A stretch of DNA of 61,903 bases, counting the filler. It is 8 parts of 8 records of this genome, joined end to end, with 100 filler letters (N's around TTAATTAATTAA, not from the genome) between each part and the next. Parts side by side here need not be neighbours in the genome. Positions count along the whole stretch, not along the records: positions 1 to 6,755 come from SRR31156797_39113; positions 6,856 to 18,666 come from SRR31156797_39148; 6 more parts are not named here. The stretch is one strand, 5' to 3'. Of this stretch, positions 1 through 10,593 are shown in pieces (the stretch's first letter is position 1; each line of letters opens with the position of its first letter). The notes under the pieces were generated by a model that did not search any database, was not told the DNA's origin, and saw only the letters and a list, made by a program, of their open reading frames with translations. The position numbers were made by a program, and so were the translations under genes.

Positions 1-122
1 ACCAGGGCCAGGGTTTCACCCCGGTTCATTTGAAGGGACACATTTTTAACCGCATGAACGATTTTACCGCCGGCCCTGAAATCAACCGAAAGATTGTCTA
101 TTTTAAGTAAAGGTCCGGTCAT
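1..122 (-). CDS. yejF: Peptide ABC transporter ATP-binding subunit, N-terminal fragment (runs off the window)
   Basis: Hand translation MTGPLLKIDNLSVDFRAGGKIVHAVKNVSLQMNRGETLALV is a typical oligopeptide ABC ATPase N-terminus up to Walker A; lies directly downstream of yejE. Confidence 0.8.
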   Translation of the reverse strand, partial: MTGPLLKIDNLSVDFRAGGKIVHAVKNVSLQMNRGETLAL

Positions 123-124
123 GT

Positions 125-1171
125 TCATTCTCCGGCCTTTAGTCGCGGATCGAGCGAGTCCCTGGCCGCCTCGCCGATAAAAACAAGCAGTGACAACATA
201 ACGGACAGGACGACAAAGGTTGATATTCCGATCCAGGGAGCGTGCAGGTTGGCCTTGCCCTGGGCCAGCAATTCTCCGAGAGAAGGCGAACCCGGCGGCA
301 GGCCGAAACCCAGAAAGTCCAGGGAAGTAAGTGTAGTGATGGCGCCGTTGAGAATAAACGGCATGTAAGTGATCGTGGCGACCATGGCGTTGGGCAGGAT
401 GTGCCTGAACATTATTTTGACGTCGCTCAAGCCCAGGGAGCGCGCCGCCCTCACGTATTCCAGGTTGCGGCCGCGAAGGAATTCAGCTCGGACAACATCC
501 ACCAGAGTCATCCAGCTGAAAAGCAGCATAATTCCCAAAAGCCACCAGAAATTGGGTTCGACCAGACTGGCCAGGATAATAAGGAGAAATAAAACAGGCA
601 GGCCCGACCATATTTCCATGAACCGCTGTCCCAGAATATCCAGCCATCCGCCGTAAAAGCCCTGCATGGCCCCGACCGAAACTCCGACCACCGAACTGAC
701 CAGGGTAAGGCAAAGGCCGAACAGGATGGATATTCGAAAGCCGTAGAGAAGCCTGGCGACCATGTCCCGGCCCTGGTCGTCAGTACCGAGCCAGTTTTCA
801 GCAGACGGGGGCGCAGGCGCCGGGGTGGGCAGATCGTAATTAATGGTGTCGTAGCTGTACCGCACCAGGGGCCAGAGCATCCAGCCTTTTTCAAGTATCA
901 ATTCCTGGACAAAGACGTCTTTATATTCCGCTTCGGTTTCAAATTCACCGCCGAATGCTGTTTCCGGGTATTGCTTGAAAATAGGGTAGTATAGATTGGA
1001 ATCATAGTAAATCAGCAGCGGCTTGTCATTGGCTATGAATTCCGCGAACATGCTGAATAAAAATAAAAACAGAAATATCCACAGGGAAATGTATCCCCTG
1101 CGGTTGGACTTGAAATTGTGCCACCGCCGGCGATTTATCGGATTGAGTTTCAGTCGCTCCCTGATTTTCAT
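125..1171 (-). CDS. yejE: Yej-type (microcin C/peptide) ABC transporter permease
   Basis: 348 aa; FIANDKPL, LGTDDQGRD, EAA-like loop EYVRAARSLG, DFLGFGLPPGSPSLGELL; follows yejB. Confidence 0.9.
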   Translation of the reverse strand: MKIRERLKLNPINRRRWHNFKSNRRGYISLWIFLFLFLFSMFAEFIANDKPLLIYYDSNLYYPIFKQYPETAFGGEFETEAEYKDVFVQELILEKGWMLWPLVRYSYDTINYDLPTPAPAPPSAENWLGTDDQGRDMVARLLYGFRISILFGLCLTLVSSVVGVSVGAMQGFYGGWLDILGQRFMEIWSGLPVLFLLIILASLVEPNFWWLLGIMLLFSWMTLVDVVRAEFLRGRNLEYVRAARSLGLSDVKIMFRHILPNAMVATITYMPFILNGAITTLTSLDFLGFGLPPGSPSLGELLAQGKANLHAPWIGISTFVVLSVMLSLLVFIGEAARDSLDPRLKAGE

Positions 1172-1176
1172 GAAAA

Positions 1177-2277
1177 TCAGTTCTCCCTTGCTTCAAAATC
1201 AATCCGGGGATCGACAATAGTGTAGGTAACGTCGCTTATGATTTTCATAACCAGACCCAGCAGGGTCAACATATAAAGCGTGGCGAACATTACCGGATAA
1301 TCCCTGTTCATGGTTGATTCAAAAGCCAGCAAGCCGACTCCGTCCAGGGAAAAAATAACTTCGACCAACAGGGACCCGGTAAAAAACATGCTGATAAAGG
1401 CTGCCGGAAATCCGGCGATGACAATGAGCATGGCGTTTCTGAAAACATGGCCGTAAAGGATGCGCGTTTCGGTCAGGCCCTTGGCTCTGGCCGTAACGAC
1501 ATATTGTTTGTTTATTTCGTCGAGAAATGAATTTTTAGTCAGCATGGTCAGTGAGGCGAAACCGCCTATAACCAGGGCGGTCACGGGCAGGGCCAGGTGC
1601 CAGAAATAATCAAGGATTTTACCAATCCACGACAATTGATCGAAATTGTCGGAGGTCAGGTTGCGCAGGGGAAACCAGTCGAAATAACTGCCTCCGGCAA
1701 AAAACACGACAAGCATAATGGCGAACAGGAATACCGGGACGGCATTACCCACGATTACGGCCGTGCTGGTCCAGATGTCAAACCTGGTTCCGTGCTTGAC
1801 GGCTTTTTTTATGCCCATGGGAATGGAAATCAGGTAAATAAGCAGCGTGCTCCAGACCCCCAGTGATATGGAAACAGGCAGCTTGGAAATAATAAGATCG
1901 ATAACGGATTGATTTCTGAAAAAGCTGTCTCCGAAATCAAACACGGCAAAATTTTTCAACATCTGTAAGAATCTCACATGGGCGGGCTTGTCGAAACCGT
2001 AAAGTCTTTCAATCTCCTTTATCAGTTCGGGATCGAGCCCCTGGGCGCCCCGGTACTTGCTTTTGGATTCAAACGTTGGTTGTGAAGTCGACGATACTTC
2101 ACCGCTTCCCGCACCGGAAATGCGTTCGGTGGCGCTGACTTCGCTTCCCTGCAGCCGGGCGATAACCTGTTCAACCGGACCGCCGGGCGCGGCCTGAATG
2201 ACGAAAAAATTAATGGTCATTATCCCCAGCAGGGTGGGGATAATAAGGAGCAGCCTTCTGACGATATAAGCGAGCAT
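1177..2277 (-). CDS. yejB: Yej-type ABC transporter permease
   Basis: 366 aa; [48 protein letters not shown]. Confidence 0.9.
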   Translation of the reverse strand: MLAYIVRRLLLIIPTLLGIMTINFFVIQAAPGGPVEQVIARLQGSEVSATERISGAGSGEVSSTSQPTFESKSKYRGAQGLDPELIKEIERLYGFDKPAHVRFLQMLKNFAVFDFGDSFFRNQSVIDLIISKLPVSISLGVWSTLLIYLISIPMGIKKAVKHGTRFDIWTSTAVIVGNAVPVFLFAIMLVVFFAGGSYFDWFPLRNLTSDNFDQLSWIGKILDYFWHLALPVTALVIGGFASLTMLTKNSFLDEINKQYVVTARAKGLTETRILYGHVFRNAMLIVIAGFPAAFISMFFTGSLLVEVIFSLDGVGLLAFESTMNRDYPVMFATLYMLTLLGLVMKIISDVTYTIVDPRIDFEAREN

Positions 2278-2280
2278 AAG

Positions 2281-4140
2281 TTACTTTGAGTCGGCCCTCT
2301 TAATGCTGTTTTTGTATTCGATCAATTTCTTTTCCTTTTCCTGGTCCACCCACCAGTCATAAAATCCCAGTCCATATTTGGGCGAGACCTTGGGATGGGA
2401 AAACTTGTTCCAGTAGGCCACCCGGAAAACGTTGGTATGCCATTGCGGGATTACATAGAAACCCCACAACAAAGCCCGGTCCAGAGCCCTTGTCCTGGCG
2501 ACCAGTTCCTTACGGGTCGGCGCTTCTATGACCTTGTCTATCAAGACGTCGATGGCCGGATCCTTGATGCCCATGTAGTTCCTGCTTCCGGGCATGTCGG
2601 CGGAGCCCGAATGCCAGAAATATCGCTGTTCGTTGCCGGGCGATTCCGACTGGGCAAAGGTCATGACTATCATGTCAAAATCAAAACTATTGAGCCGGTT
2701 TATATACTGCGCTGTGTCGACCACTCGAAAACGGACGTCTATGCCCAGCCTGGCCAGGTTTTTCTTGAAAGGCAGAACGATGCGTTCAAAAGACGGGCTG
2801 TGCAGCAGAATTTCAAAGGACATATTTTCGCCGGTTTTCTTATTGACCAGCTTCTTGTTCTTTATTTCCCAGCCTGCTTCCTTGAGAAGTTTCATTGCTT
2901 TTCTTAGATTGCGCCTGTTATTGCCGGAACCGTCGGTTGTCGGCGGAACGTACTCACTGGTAAAAACCTCGGGCGGCAGCTTGTCCCTGAGGGGTTCCAG
3001 AACAGCCAGTTCTTCAGGCGAAGGCTTGCCGCGGGAAGCCAGTTCGGAATTGGAAAAAAAGCTGGTGCTCCTTTTATAGCTGCCGTAAAAAAGGTGTTTA
3101 TTGGTCCATTCAAAATCAAAACCGTATGAGATGGCTTCACGGACCCGCTTGTCCTTGAAGGCCGGCCTCCGGGTGTTGAAAGCAAAGCATTGCATGCCCT
3201 GGTTGACTTCGTTTTCTAATTCTTCCTTTATTATGAATTTTTTATCAAATGCGGGACCGGTATAGGCCGTGGCCCAGGCCTTGGAGATGTTTTCCTGCCT
3301 GAAGTCGTATTCCCCGGCTTTGAAGGCATGCAGGGCCACTGTGCCGTCTCGATAGTAATCTATGGTAATGGAATCAAAGTTGTAACGCCCCTTGTTGGCC
3401 GGGTGGTCCTTGGCCCAGTAATCATCGACTCTTTTGTAGGTCAGCGAGCGCCCGGGCTTAAAGTCGGCTATGCGGTAAGGACCGCTGCCCAGGGGAATTT
3501 CCAGGGAAGACTTGTCGAATTCTAGTTTTTCCCAAATATGCTTGGGCAGAACGGTCAACTGCCCCACAATCAAGGGCAGTTCGGGATTAACTTTGTCGCC
3601 GAGATAAAATTTTACCGTCATATCATCAACGGCTTCGACTTTTTGCACGTCCGCATAGTATTTACGATACTGGGGATCCCCCTTTTTAACAAGCATTTCA
3701 AAAGAATAGACGACATCGTGGGCGGTTACGGGCTTGCCGTCATGGAATTTCGCTTTTGGATTTATATGGTATACGACCCAGCTTCGATCTTCGGGCAATT
3801 CTATTTTTTGGGCGATAAGCCCGTATTGCGTGAAAGGCTCGTCATCGGATTGGACGGTTAAAGAATCGTATATCAGGCCGATGCCCGAAGCTGGAACTCC
3901 CTTGGTAATAAAAGGATTAAAACTGTCATAAGTGCCTATGGCCGACATTTTAACATTTCCACCCTTGGGGGCGTTGGGATTGACATAGTCGAAATGAGCA
4001 AAGCCGGCCGGGTATTTGGGAGAACCGGTCATGGCCACGGCATGGGTGACGTCGATTTTTTCACTAGCCGCTGACACGCCTGTTAAAAATGTGAGGAAAA
4101 CCAGCAATGCCGGAAACATTATGGAAGATAATTTTTTCAT
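2281..4140 (-). CDS. yejA: Yej-type ABC transporter substrate-binding protein (family 5)
   Basis: HAVAMTGSPKYPAGFAHFDYVNPNAPKGG and QSESPGNEQRYFWHS motifs; signal peptide follows MKKLSS (ATG at 4140). The open frame extends to 4236, so the start is uncertain. Confidence 0.88.
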   Translation of the reverse strand: MKKLSSIMFPALLVFLTFLTGVSAASEKIDVTHAVAMTGSPKYPAGFAHFDYVNPNAPKGGNVKMSAIGTYDSFNPFITKGVPASGIGLIYDSLTVQSDDEPFTQYGLIAQKIELPEDRSWVVYHINPKAKFHDGKPVTAHDVVYSFEMLVKKGDPQYRKYYADVQKVEAVDDMTVKFYLGDKVNPELPLIVGQLTVLPKHIWEKLEFDKSSLEIPLGSGPYRIADFKPGRSLTYKRVDDYWAKDHPANKGRYNFDSITIDYYRDGTVALHAFKAGEYDFRQENISKAWATAYTGPAFDKKFIIKEELENEVNQGMQCFAFNTRRPAFKDKRVREAISYGFDFEWTNKHLFYGSYKRSTSFFSNSELASRGKPSPEELAVLEPLRDKLPPEVFTSEYVPPTTDGSGNNRRNLRKAMKLLKEAGWEIKNKKLVNKKTGENMSFEILLHSPSFERIVLPFKKNLARLGIDVRFRVVDTAQYINRLNSFDFDMIVMTFAQSESPGNEQRYFWHSGSADMPGSRNYMGIKDPAIDVLIDKVIEAPTRKELVARTRALDRALLWGFYVIPQWHTNVFRVAYWNKFSHPKVSPKYGLGFYDWWVDQEKEKKLIEYKNSIKRADSK

Positions 4141-4312
4141 TGTATACATGCCGTTATCCAATCTTTTGTAATACGGATTTAACATCTGACCCCATTTACG
4201 GCAGAACTGTTTAAGAAAACCTGAAACAGCCGCCATATGAAAAATAAAGCAAAATCAGAGGTTAGTCAATTTATACGGGGATATCTTCTTATATTTCAAG
4301 TACTACCCGAAG

Positions 4313-5866
4313 CTAAGCCTGTTCAGGGACCGGCAGCGATATGGTAAAAACCGAGCCATGACCTTCCCTGCTTTCGACTTCAATAGCGCCTCCATGCCGT
4401 TCGATAATGCCATACGTGGTGGAAAGACCGAGCCCGACGCCGTATCCTTCGCTTTTTGTTGTAAAAAATGGCTCGAATATCCTGGGCATGTTGTCTTCAC
4501 TAATTCCCGATCCGGTATCGGCTATTCTGATTACGACCTTTCTATCCAATGGTTCGAACCACGTTGATATATCCAGGCGGCCTCCGTCGGCCATGGCGTC
4601 GACAGCGTTGAAAATAATATTGATGACGCATTGCTGCAGTTGGTTCATATCGCCTTTGATAATTGGAATATCGGGCCGGCATTCCAGATGGAATTCTATT
4701 TTTTCCATTCTCATCTTGTGGCGGCTCAAGACAATGCACTTGTTTATCAATTCGTCAAGGGCGACATCGGTGAAAGCCGGCGGCGACTTTCGGGAAAAAG
4801 TGAGCAGACTCGATACAATTCGCGTGCAACGGTCGGTTTCTTTTTCCGCCACATCCAGATATTTTGAAAATTTATCCAGGTCTGCGTCGGCCAGGGGTCC
4901 GCGTTCCATGATGCGAATCATCAATCGGATATAATTGAGTATTCCGGATAAGGGATTGTTAATTTCGTGGGCCGTGCTTGCGGCCAGCCTGCCCAGGGAC
5001 ATCATTTTATCCTGGTGGAGAATCCTGGCCTGGTCAGCCATTTCCCGCTCCAGTTTTCTGATATTTCTCAAGTCTCTGAAAATGAAAACAAGGCCTTCAT
5101 ACCGGTCGCTATGAAGCTCGGATACAGAGGTCTGGACGGGCACACTTTGTCCATTTTTATTTAACAGGCCGGTTTCGTATAGAAAAAGTCGCTCTTTACC
5201 GCCGTATTCATCAGAGGCCAGGTCGGCCCTGATACGCTTTTCTTCATCAGAAGAAAAGAAGTCGGCAATTGATTTGTTGTGCAAAACTTCGAGCTTTGAA
5301 TATCCGGTCATTCTTTCAAGAGCTTTATTAAAGGTGACAATAAGATCATTTTCATCCGAGGCGAGTATTCCGTCCATGGAGCCGTCTATGAGTTTTCGCT
5401 GGAAGGCAATGTTATCAACCAGTTCCTGGTGCGTTTCCGCATTTTCCTTTTCCAGAAGCGAAGCGTATTCCTTGAGCCGCTGCCGGGAAGTGTATCTATC
5501 CCTGGCCCGGTCCAGGGCCAGGTTTAATTCAACATCATTGATGGGTTTGATAATAAAGTCGGAAGCATCCAGTTGAAGGGCCTGAACTGCCAGTTCCAGT
5601 TCTCCGTACGCTGTTGCAACGATTACCTCGATAGAGGGGCTATGTGTTTTAAGGCTCTCCAAAACTTGAATGCCGTTCATTTTAGGCATTCTGATATCCG
5701 TAATCACTATCTGGGGTTTTTTTTCACGGCAAAGCTCCAGTCCGGCTTCGCCGTCGGCGGCGGTGAAGACTTCGAAGCCAGAGTCTTCGAGGGTGATGGC
5801 CATGACCTCGCGAATATCTTTTTCATCATCTATAAGGACAATTTTCCAGGAAACATCCATGAACAC
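4313..5866 (-). CDS. Hybrid response regulator-PAS-histidine kinase (NtrB-like kinase core)
   Basis: N-terminal REC (LIDD, ITDIRMP, KP), PAS region, H-box AHEINNPL, N-box NIIFNAVDA, G boxes DTGSGI/FEPFFTTK/GVGLGLS. Confidence 0.9.
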   Translation of the reverse strand: MFMDVSWKIVLIDDEKDIREVMAITLEDSGFEVFTAADGEAGLELCREKKPQIVITDIRMPKMNGIQVLESLKTHSPSIEVIVATAYGELELAVQALQLDASDFIIKPINDVELNLALDRARDRYTSRQRLKEYASLLEKENAETHQELVDNIAFQRKLIDGSMDGILASDENDLIVTFNKALERMTGYSKLEVLHNKSIADFFSSDEEKRIRADLASDEYGGKERLFLYETGLLNKNGQSVPVQTSVSELHSDRYEGLVFIFRDLRNIRKLEREMADQARILHQDKMMSLGRLAASTAHEINNPLSGILNYIRLMIRIMERGPLADADLDKFSKYLDVAEKETDRCTRIVSSLLTFSRKSPPAFTDVALDELINKCIVLSRHKMRMEKIEFHLECRPDIPIIKGDMNQLQQCVINIIFNAVDAMADGGRLDISTWFEPLDRKVVIRIADTGSGISEDNMPRIFEPFFTTKSEGYGVGLGLSTTYGIIERHGGAIEVESREGHGSVFTISLPVPEQA

Positions 5867-5890
5867 CCGCCGGATTATGGAATTATTTAT

Positions 5891-5965
5891 GAAGCTCCAC
5901 GCAGCAAATTACGGGGCGTCTAAGCGAAAAAAGGCCAAATAAATCGCAGCAGGCTGCGCAGGATT
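5891..5965. repeat. Pair of degenerate GC-rich palindromes (REP/IS200-IS605-end-like)
   Basis: GCTCCACGCAGCAAATTACGGGGC and CGCAGCAGGCTGCG both resemble a CCCCGCAGCAAGCTGCGGGG-type palindrome; intergenic. Confidence 0.35.
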
Positions 5966-6178
5966 GAATTAGCTTCATTAGACCTTCGGTCGGTTATATT
6001 CGGCTTCGCCGAAAATAACCTGAGTAAAACAGCATACCTGAATAGAATTATTTCGGCAAGGTCGGAAGAAGTAGCATCGGTTCGAGCTCTGGTATACAAT
6101 TAATCCATTAACAAGCGCCGAATATATTATCGGCGCGGCATGGATTTTCAATCATCTTGAAGATTGGAGGCCGCGGTC

Positions 6179-6535
6179 ATGAAACCCGGGCATTTGCTGA
6201 TATTGTTAAGCGTTGTATTTCTGCTTTTTTCCGCCGGCGATCTTTGCGCCGAAGGGCAGGTAGTAATAGAGGAGTCAATTAAAAGCAGCGGCAGCATCGG
6301 CGGCGGGGCGTCCATAGGCAACAGGGGCGCCGGAGTTCATATAAGAATTAATCCGGAAACAAGGATAGAAAGAAAAACAACCATTACAACCAGAGGCAAT
6401 ATAAGCGTGTATTCTTATAAGCCGGGGTGTTATCCTCCGTGCCATTATGATTACTGTTATCCGTCCACTCATCAGTGCGCCGGCTGCAACAAGTATCATC
6501 GCTCGCCGTGTCCAAATATTGAAACAAAACCCTAA
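6179..6535 (+). CDS. Small secreted hypothetical protein with Gly-rich middle and Cys/His/Tyr-rich C-terminus
   Basis: GGAGG SD before ATG 6179; signal peptide MKPGHLLILLSVVFLLFSAG; tail CYPPCHYDYCYPSTHQCAGCNKYHRSPCP. Confidence 0.55.
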   Translation: MKPGHLLILLSVVFLLFSAGDLCAEGQVVIEESIKSSGSIGGGASIGNRGAGVHIRINPETRIERKTTITTRGNISVYSYKPGCYPPCHYDYCYPSTHQCAGCNKYHRSPCPNIETKP

Positions 6536-6755
6536 TACAACCAATCTTAAAAGATCACAGGCCCTCCGGGCAGGCCAGGAGGCAATGTCCGCAACTTGAC
6601 TTTCTGCCTAGTCTGGGAATGAAACTCATTCTCATGCGGTTGCATAAATAGGCGTCAATTAATTCGGATCTTTTTGCACCCCTATTCCAGTTTATTGATT
6701 TAACAGCGTTGTATGGACAGGCCTGGACGCATAGCGTGCAGTCGTCGCAACGGCT

Positions 6756-6855
6756 NNNNNNNNNNNNNNNNNNNNNNNNNNNNNNNNNNNNNNNNNNNNT
6801 TAATTAATTAANNNNNNNNNNNNNNNNNNNNNNNNNNNNNNNNNNNNNNNNNNNN
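6756..6855. other. Artificial contig spacer (N runs + TTAATTAATTAA); same spacer at 18667-18766, 25792-25891, 35370-35469, 41203-41302, 48619-48718, 56570-56669
   Basis: 100-nt N blocks with a central six-frame stop linker; composition and gene content change across each. Confidence 0.99.
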
Positions 6856-7076
6856 GGGTTCTACGGGATAACTGCTCAGAAGATGGTTACGGAAGGCATC
6901 ATCCAGTACAATCTTTGACATAGTTACTGTATACCCCTATTATGGCTGTTCATCTATGAATAGAGGAGGAAATACCCAGAATAAGGTATATTTTTACCCG
7001 TTTTCGGGCAGATTGTGAATTATTATAAAGGATTTAATGATCTTCTATTGATAGAGACAGTTTTTGCAGAGGCTTG

Positions 7077-9143
7077 TCAGGAATGGCCGGCCTCACGAAA
7101 AATCTCGATCCCGGACTGAGAAATGACACTGCCGCATCGTCCCTTTCCGATATGAATATACCCCAGAGCCTTCAGCTGCAGTAAGATAGAACGCACATCG
7201 TTTTCCGTCATATGGAAGTCGCTCTGAAAAGCCTTGTCTGAAATACTTCTCCTGCCCAACTTTTTCCGATTCCGATGCGCGTCGTAAAATAGACGCATAA
7301 CAAACCGCTGCTTCTCATCAAGACGATCAGAAACAACCTTGGAGATTTCTACAGACTCCCGAACGAAAGCTTCCCGGGCCGTATCTTTCATGTAATAGGG
7401 AAGATGACTATTCTCAATCACGTGAACACCGATATTCGCAAAATACTCCAGGCAGTTCACCAGCTCTCTCACATTGCCTTTCCAATAGTAACTGTTCATG
7501 AAACGCATAGTGTCCTCTGAGATATGAAAGCGGTACCCCTGGCGACGTATGATTGAGTGGATAAGACATTCAATGTCTTCCGCCCTCTTGCGCAGCGGAA
7601 ATATGTTGATAGGCAGAACATTGAGACGATAATAGAGATCTTCCCTGAAGCTATTGTTCCTTATTTGCTCGATCAGATTCCTGTTTGTGGCAGCCACGAT
7701 CCTCACATTTATTTTTATAACCCTGTCTCCCCCGACTCGCATGACCTCCTTTTCCTGGATCACTCTCAAAAGCCTTGCCTGGAGTTCCATAGGCATCTCG
7801 GCGATTTCATCCAGAAACAGCGTTCCATTGTTGGCCAGTTCGAAGATTCCCATTTTCCCGTCTTTCAAAGCCCCGGTGAAAGCTCCGCGCTCATAACCGA
7901 ACAGCTCGCTTTCCAAAAGACTGGCCGATATGGCAGCGCAGTTGATAGCGACAAAATGCTTGTCTTTAACAGGGGATGCATTATGTATAGCCTGGGCGAC
8001 AAGTTCTTTTCCCGTCCCGCTTTCCCCAGTGATCAAAACAGCAGAATGAGAGTTCCCCATCCTGATGATCAGCTCCTTAACCTCTTTCATCTGACGGCTT
8101 TCACCGATTATATCATCTACCGAATACCTGGCTATATGTCCTTTGGTGTTAAGCTGAAGCCTGATCTTATTCTGGGTATCCTCCTGGGATTCAAAACTCT
8201 CGATTATGACATAGGCGCTGCTCAACACATCCAGGACCTCGTATTTTTTCAATCCCTTAACCGGGAAGACAGAAGCTGTTACATAGCTGTTATTGACCTT
8301 GATCAGTTTATTCTGGATCACTTCATTCAACGGAAGCTGATCTACCTGCAGCTGAGGAAGAACCTCTTTAATGCTGTATCCCAGAAAGGATCCATTCGCC
8401 TCCAGCACCTGCTTGGCCATATCGTTGCAACTCTCTATAACCCCTTTGCGATTTATACCGATAACACCTTTTTGCATGATAGAGAGCAAGGTATCGAATT
8501 GATTCTTTACTTCCAGGGACTCACTGATTAAAAAATCGACGCCCTTGTTATAGGGGACAAGCTTGTTAAAATAGTCGGAGACCCTTTTCTCTGTGAGGAT
8601 GTGCTCCAGATTCAGACTGGCGGCCAGTTCGACGATTGTATTCTTATTGATTAATCGGTGCCCGATATCAACCGTATGGGGTACGAACGAGGGAACATGA
8701 CGGCTCTCTCCCGACGTTATGGCATGATGGAGCAAGGGAACATCATCCATCCCCGGGTATACAGGAACAAGCTTCAGGTAGTCGAATCCCAGCTGGTACA
8801 AAAGAGCGATTGTCTCAATGCACATTTCATAGCTGAGATTAACCAACATCGCGGGCTCATCCCGATTCAAATCCCTTAAAAGTTCAGAGCTCTTCTTCGA
8901 TAATGTCAGTTTGCATATTATGACATTCCATCTTCTGTCAAGAAACTTTTTAACCACTTCATACTGGGAATACGTACTGATCAGAAGGGTATCGGTGTCT
9001 TCTTTGATCACATCGACTTCATCAGCTTCAAATGAATAGCTGGAGATTTCTACACTGTCAAGAAAGATATGGCTTAGTTGCCGCTTGTATTCAATACCGA
9101 CCTCTTTACTTGAAGTAATGATACCAAGCCTCTTAATCACCAT
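7077..9143 (-). CDS. Sigma54-dependent transcriptional activator (bEBP) with N-terminal sensory/PAS region
   Basis: Walker A GESGTGKE, ESELFGYERGAFTGA, LFLDEI, FREDLYYRLNV, WKGNVREL. Start set at ATG 9143 (GGAGG SD); the longer 9245 start lies in a hairpin. Confidence 0.9.
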   Translation of the reverse strand: MVIKRLGIITSSKEVGIEYKRQLSHIFLDSVEISSYSFEADEVDVIKEDTDTLLISTYSQYEVVKKFLDRRWNVIICKLTLSKKSSELLRDLNRDEPAMLVNLSYEMCIETIALLYQLGFDYLKLVPVYPGMDDVPLLHHAITSGESRHVPSFVPHTVDIGHRLINKNTIVELAASLNLEHILTEKRVSDYFNKLVPYNKGVDFLISESLEVKNQFDTLLSIMQKGVIGINRKGVIESCNDMAKQVLEANGSFLGYSIKEVLPQLQVDQLPLNEVIQNKLIKVNNSYVTASVFPVKGLKKYEVLDVLSSAYVIIESFESQEDTQNKIRLQLNTKGHIARYSVDDIIGESRQMKEVKELIIRMGNSHSAVLITGESGTGKELVAQAIHNASPVKDKHFVAINCAAISASLLESELFGYERGAFTGALKDGKMGIFELANNGTLFLDEIAEMPMELQARLLRVIQEKEVMRVGGDRVIKINVRIVAATNRNLIEQIRNNSFREDLYYRLNVLPINIFPLRKRAEDIECLIHSIIRRQGYRFHISEDTMRFMNSYYWKGNVRELVNCLEYFANIGVHVIENSHLPYYMKDTAREAFVRESVEISKVVSDRLDEKQRFVMRLFYDAHRNRKKLGRRSISDKAFQSDFHMTENDVRSILLQLKALGYIHIGKGRCGSVISQSGIEIFREAGHS

Positions 9144-9201
9144 ATCCTCCAGAAAAGATATCATTGCAATGAAGGGGTCGAAGCCGAGACAATGAAACGC
9201 A

Positions 9202-9243
9202 GGCCCGATCCCGGATACAAGATTATATACCGGGATCCGGGCC
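9202..9243 (-). terminator. GC-rich inverted repeat downstream of the gamma-lyase gene
   Basis: GGCCCGATCCCGG...CCGGGATCCGGGCC imperfect palindrome between genes. Confidence 0.5.
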
Positions 9244-9298
9244 ATTGAAGAGTTTATTTTATAGAACAGATGCTTTCATTGCTCCTCTTAGCTCTCCA

Positions 9299-10486
9299 TC
9301 AGATCTTATCAAGCCCCTGGGCAAGGTCCGCAATCAACTCATCAGCCGATTCAATACCTACGGAGATTCTGACCAGACCATCTGAGATTCCTGCCTTTAC
9401 CCTGGCTTCGGGCCCCATGGAAGCGTGGGTCATCGAAGCGGGATGCTGAATGAGAGATTCAACGCCCCCCAGGCTAACGGCCAGAGCGTGAAGCTTAACA
9501 GATTTCATCAAGGTCTTGCCTGCCGGAACACCGCCCTTCAATTCAATGCTTATCATCCCGCCGGGCCCTTTCATCTGGCGCCTTGCCACTTCATGCTGAG
9601 GATGGGAGGGGAACCAGGGAAAGAAAAGCTTGTCAACCTTGGGATGGTTCTCCAGGAATTCGGCGATTTTCACTGCATTTTCACATGATTTTTCAAGCCT
9701 TATGGAAAGGGTTTTAATGCCTCTGGCAACCAGAAAAGAGTTAAAGGGATCTATAACCCCACCAATCTGATTAAGGACTTTCCGGATGGCTCCGTATTCC
9801 TCTTCCTCTTTGACGACAATCATACCGGCTACGACATCGGCATGACCGTTGAGGTATTTTGTCATCGAGTGGACAACAACATCGGCACCCAGAACAAGAG
9901 GTTTCTGAAGCAGGGGACTCATAAAAGTGTTATCAACAATCAGTTTGGCATTGTGTTTATGAGCCAGTTCCGCAATAGCAGTAATATCAGAGATAACGAG
10001 CGTCGGATTACCGGGACTTTCAATGTAAACGACTGCGGTTTCGCTCTTAAAGGCATTCGCAACGGCCGTTAGATCGGAGCTGTCAACAAAGCTGACAGAG
10101 ACTCCGAAACGAGTGAATAGACCCGTAAGCAATGTGTTTGTCGGTCCGTACACAGAATCAGAGCAGATGACATGATCACCTGCCTTAAGGGTGGCTGTTA
10201 ATGCCGTATGAATCGCTGCCATTCCTGAAGCGCAGCCCAGACCTTTATAGCCCTCTTCAAGGACAGCTACCGCATTTTCAACGGATTCAACAGTCGGATT
10301 CGCCATCCGGGTGTAGACATAACCCTTTTTTCTTCCTGCGAACAGGTCCGCTCCCTGATCAACGGATTCGAAAGAAAATGTAGATGTCTGGTAAATCGGA
10401 GTGACAACTGTCCCGGTCTCATCGGATATCAGACTGGCATGTATACATTGCGTTTCTTCGCTCAATTCTCTTATATTTTCCATCAT
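9299..10486 (-). CDS. PLP-dependent trans-sulfuration enzyme (methionine gamma-lyase / cystathionine gamma-lyase family)
   Basis: PIYQTSTF, YTRMANPT, ASGMAAI, ESPGNP, VDNTF, HSMTKYLNGHADV (PLP lysine), AVSLGGVESLIQHPASMTH. Confidence 0.9.
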   Translation of the reverse strand: MMENIRELSEETQCIHASLISDETGTVVTPIYQTSTFSFESVDQGADLFAGRKKGYVYTRMANPTVESVENAVAVLEEGYKGLGCASGMAAIHTALTATLKAGDHVICSDSVYGPTNTLLTGLFTRFGVSVSFVDSSDLTAVANAFKSETAVVYIESPGNPTLVISDITAIAELAHKHNAKLIVDNTFMSPLLQKPLVLGADVVVHSMTKYLNGHADVVAGMIVVKEEEEYGAIRKVLNQIGGVIDPFNSFLVARGIKTLSIRLEKSCENAVKIAEFLENHPKVDKLFFPWFPSHPQHEVARRQMKGPGGMISIELKGGVPAGKTLMKSVKLHALAVSLGGVESLIQHPASMTHASMGPEARVKAGISDGLVRISVGIESADELIADLAQGLDKI

Positions 10487-10542
10487 TCAAAACTCCTATG
10501 TTCTGCTTTTTTTAATGCTCATCAGACCCTTGCCGGGTACGG

Positions 10543-10576
10543 ACAGATACCGCAAGCTTTGCCATGCGGTATCTGT
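10543..10576. terminator. Perfect 12-bp intergenic inverted repeat
   Basis: ACAGATACCGCA-N10-TGCGGTATCTGT between the two lyase genes; no U-tract, so could be a processing/stability hairpin. Confidence 0.5.
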
Positions 10577-10593
10577 TAACAAATAGGTTATGC

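Noticed and set aside
9144-9245. N-terminal extension of the 722-aa regulator in the ORF track
   Set aside because: Runs through a hairpin; ATG 9143 has a GGAGG SD and is the better start.
10551-10566. TGGCAAAGCTTGC as a third sigma54 promoter upstream of the gamma-lyase
   Set aside because: GG-to-GC spacing is 8, not the required 10; it is the loop of an inverted repeat.
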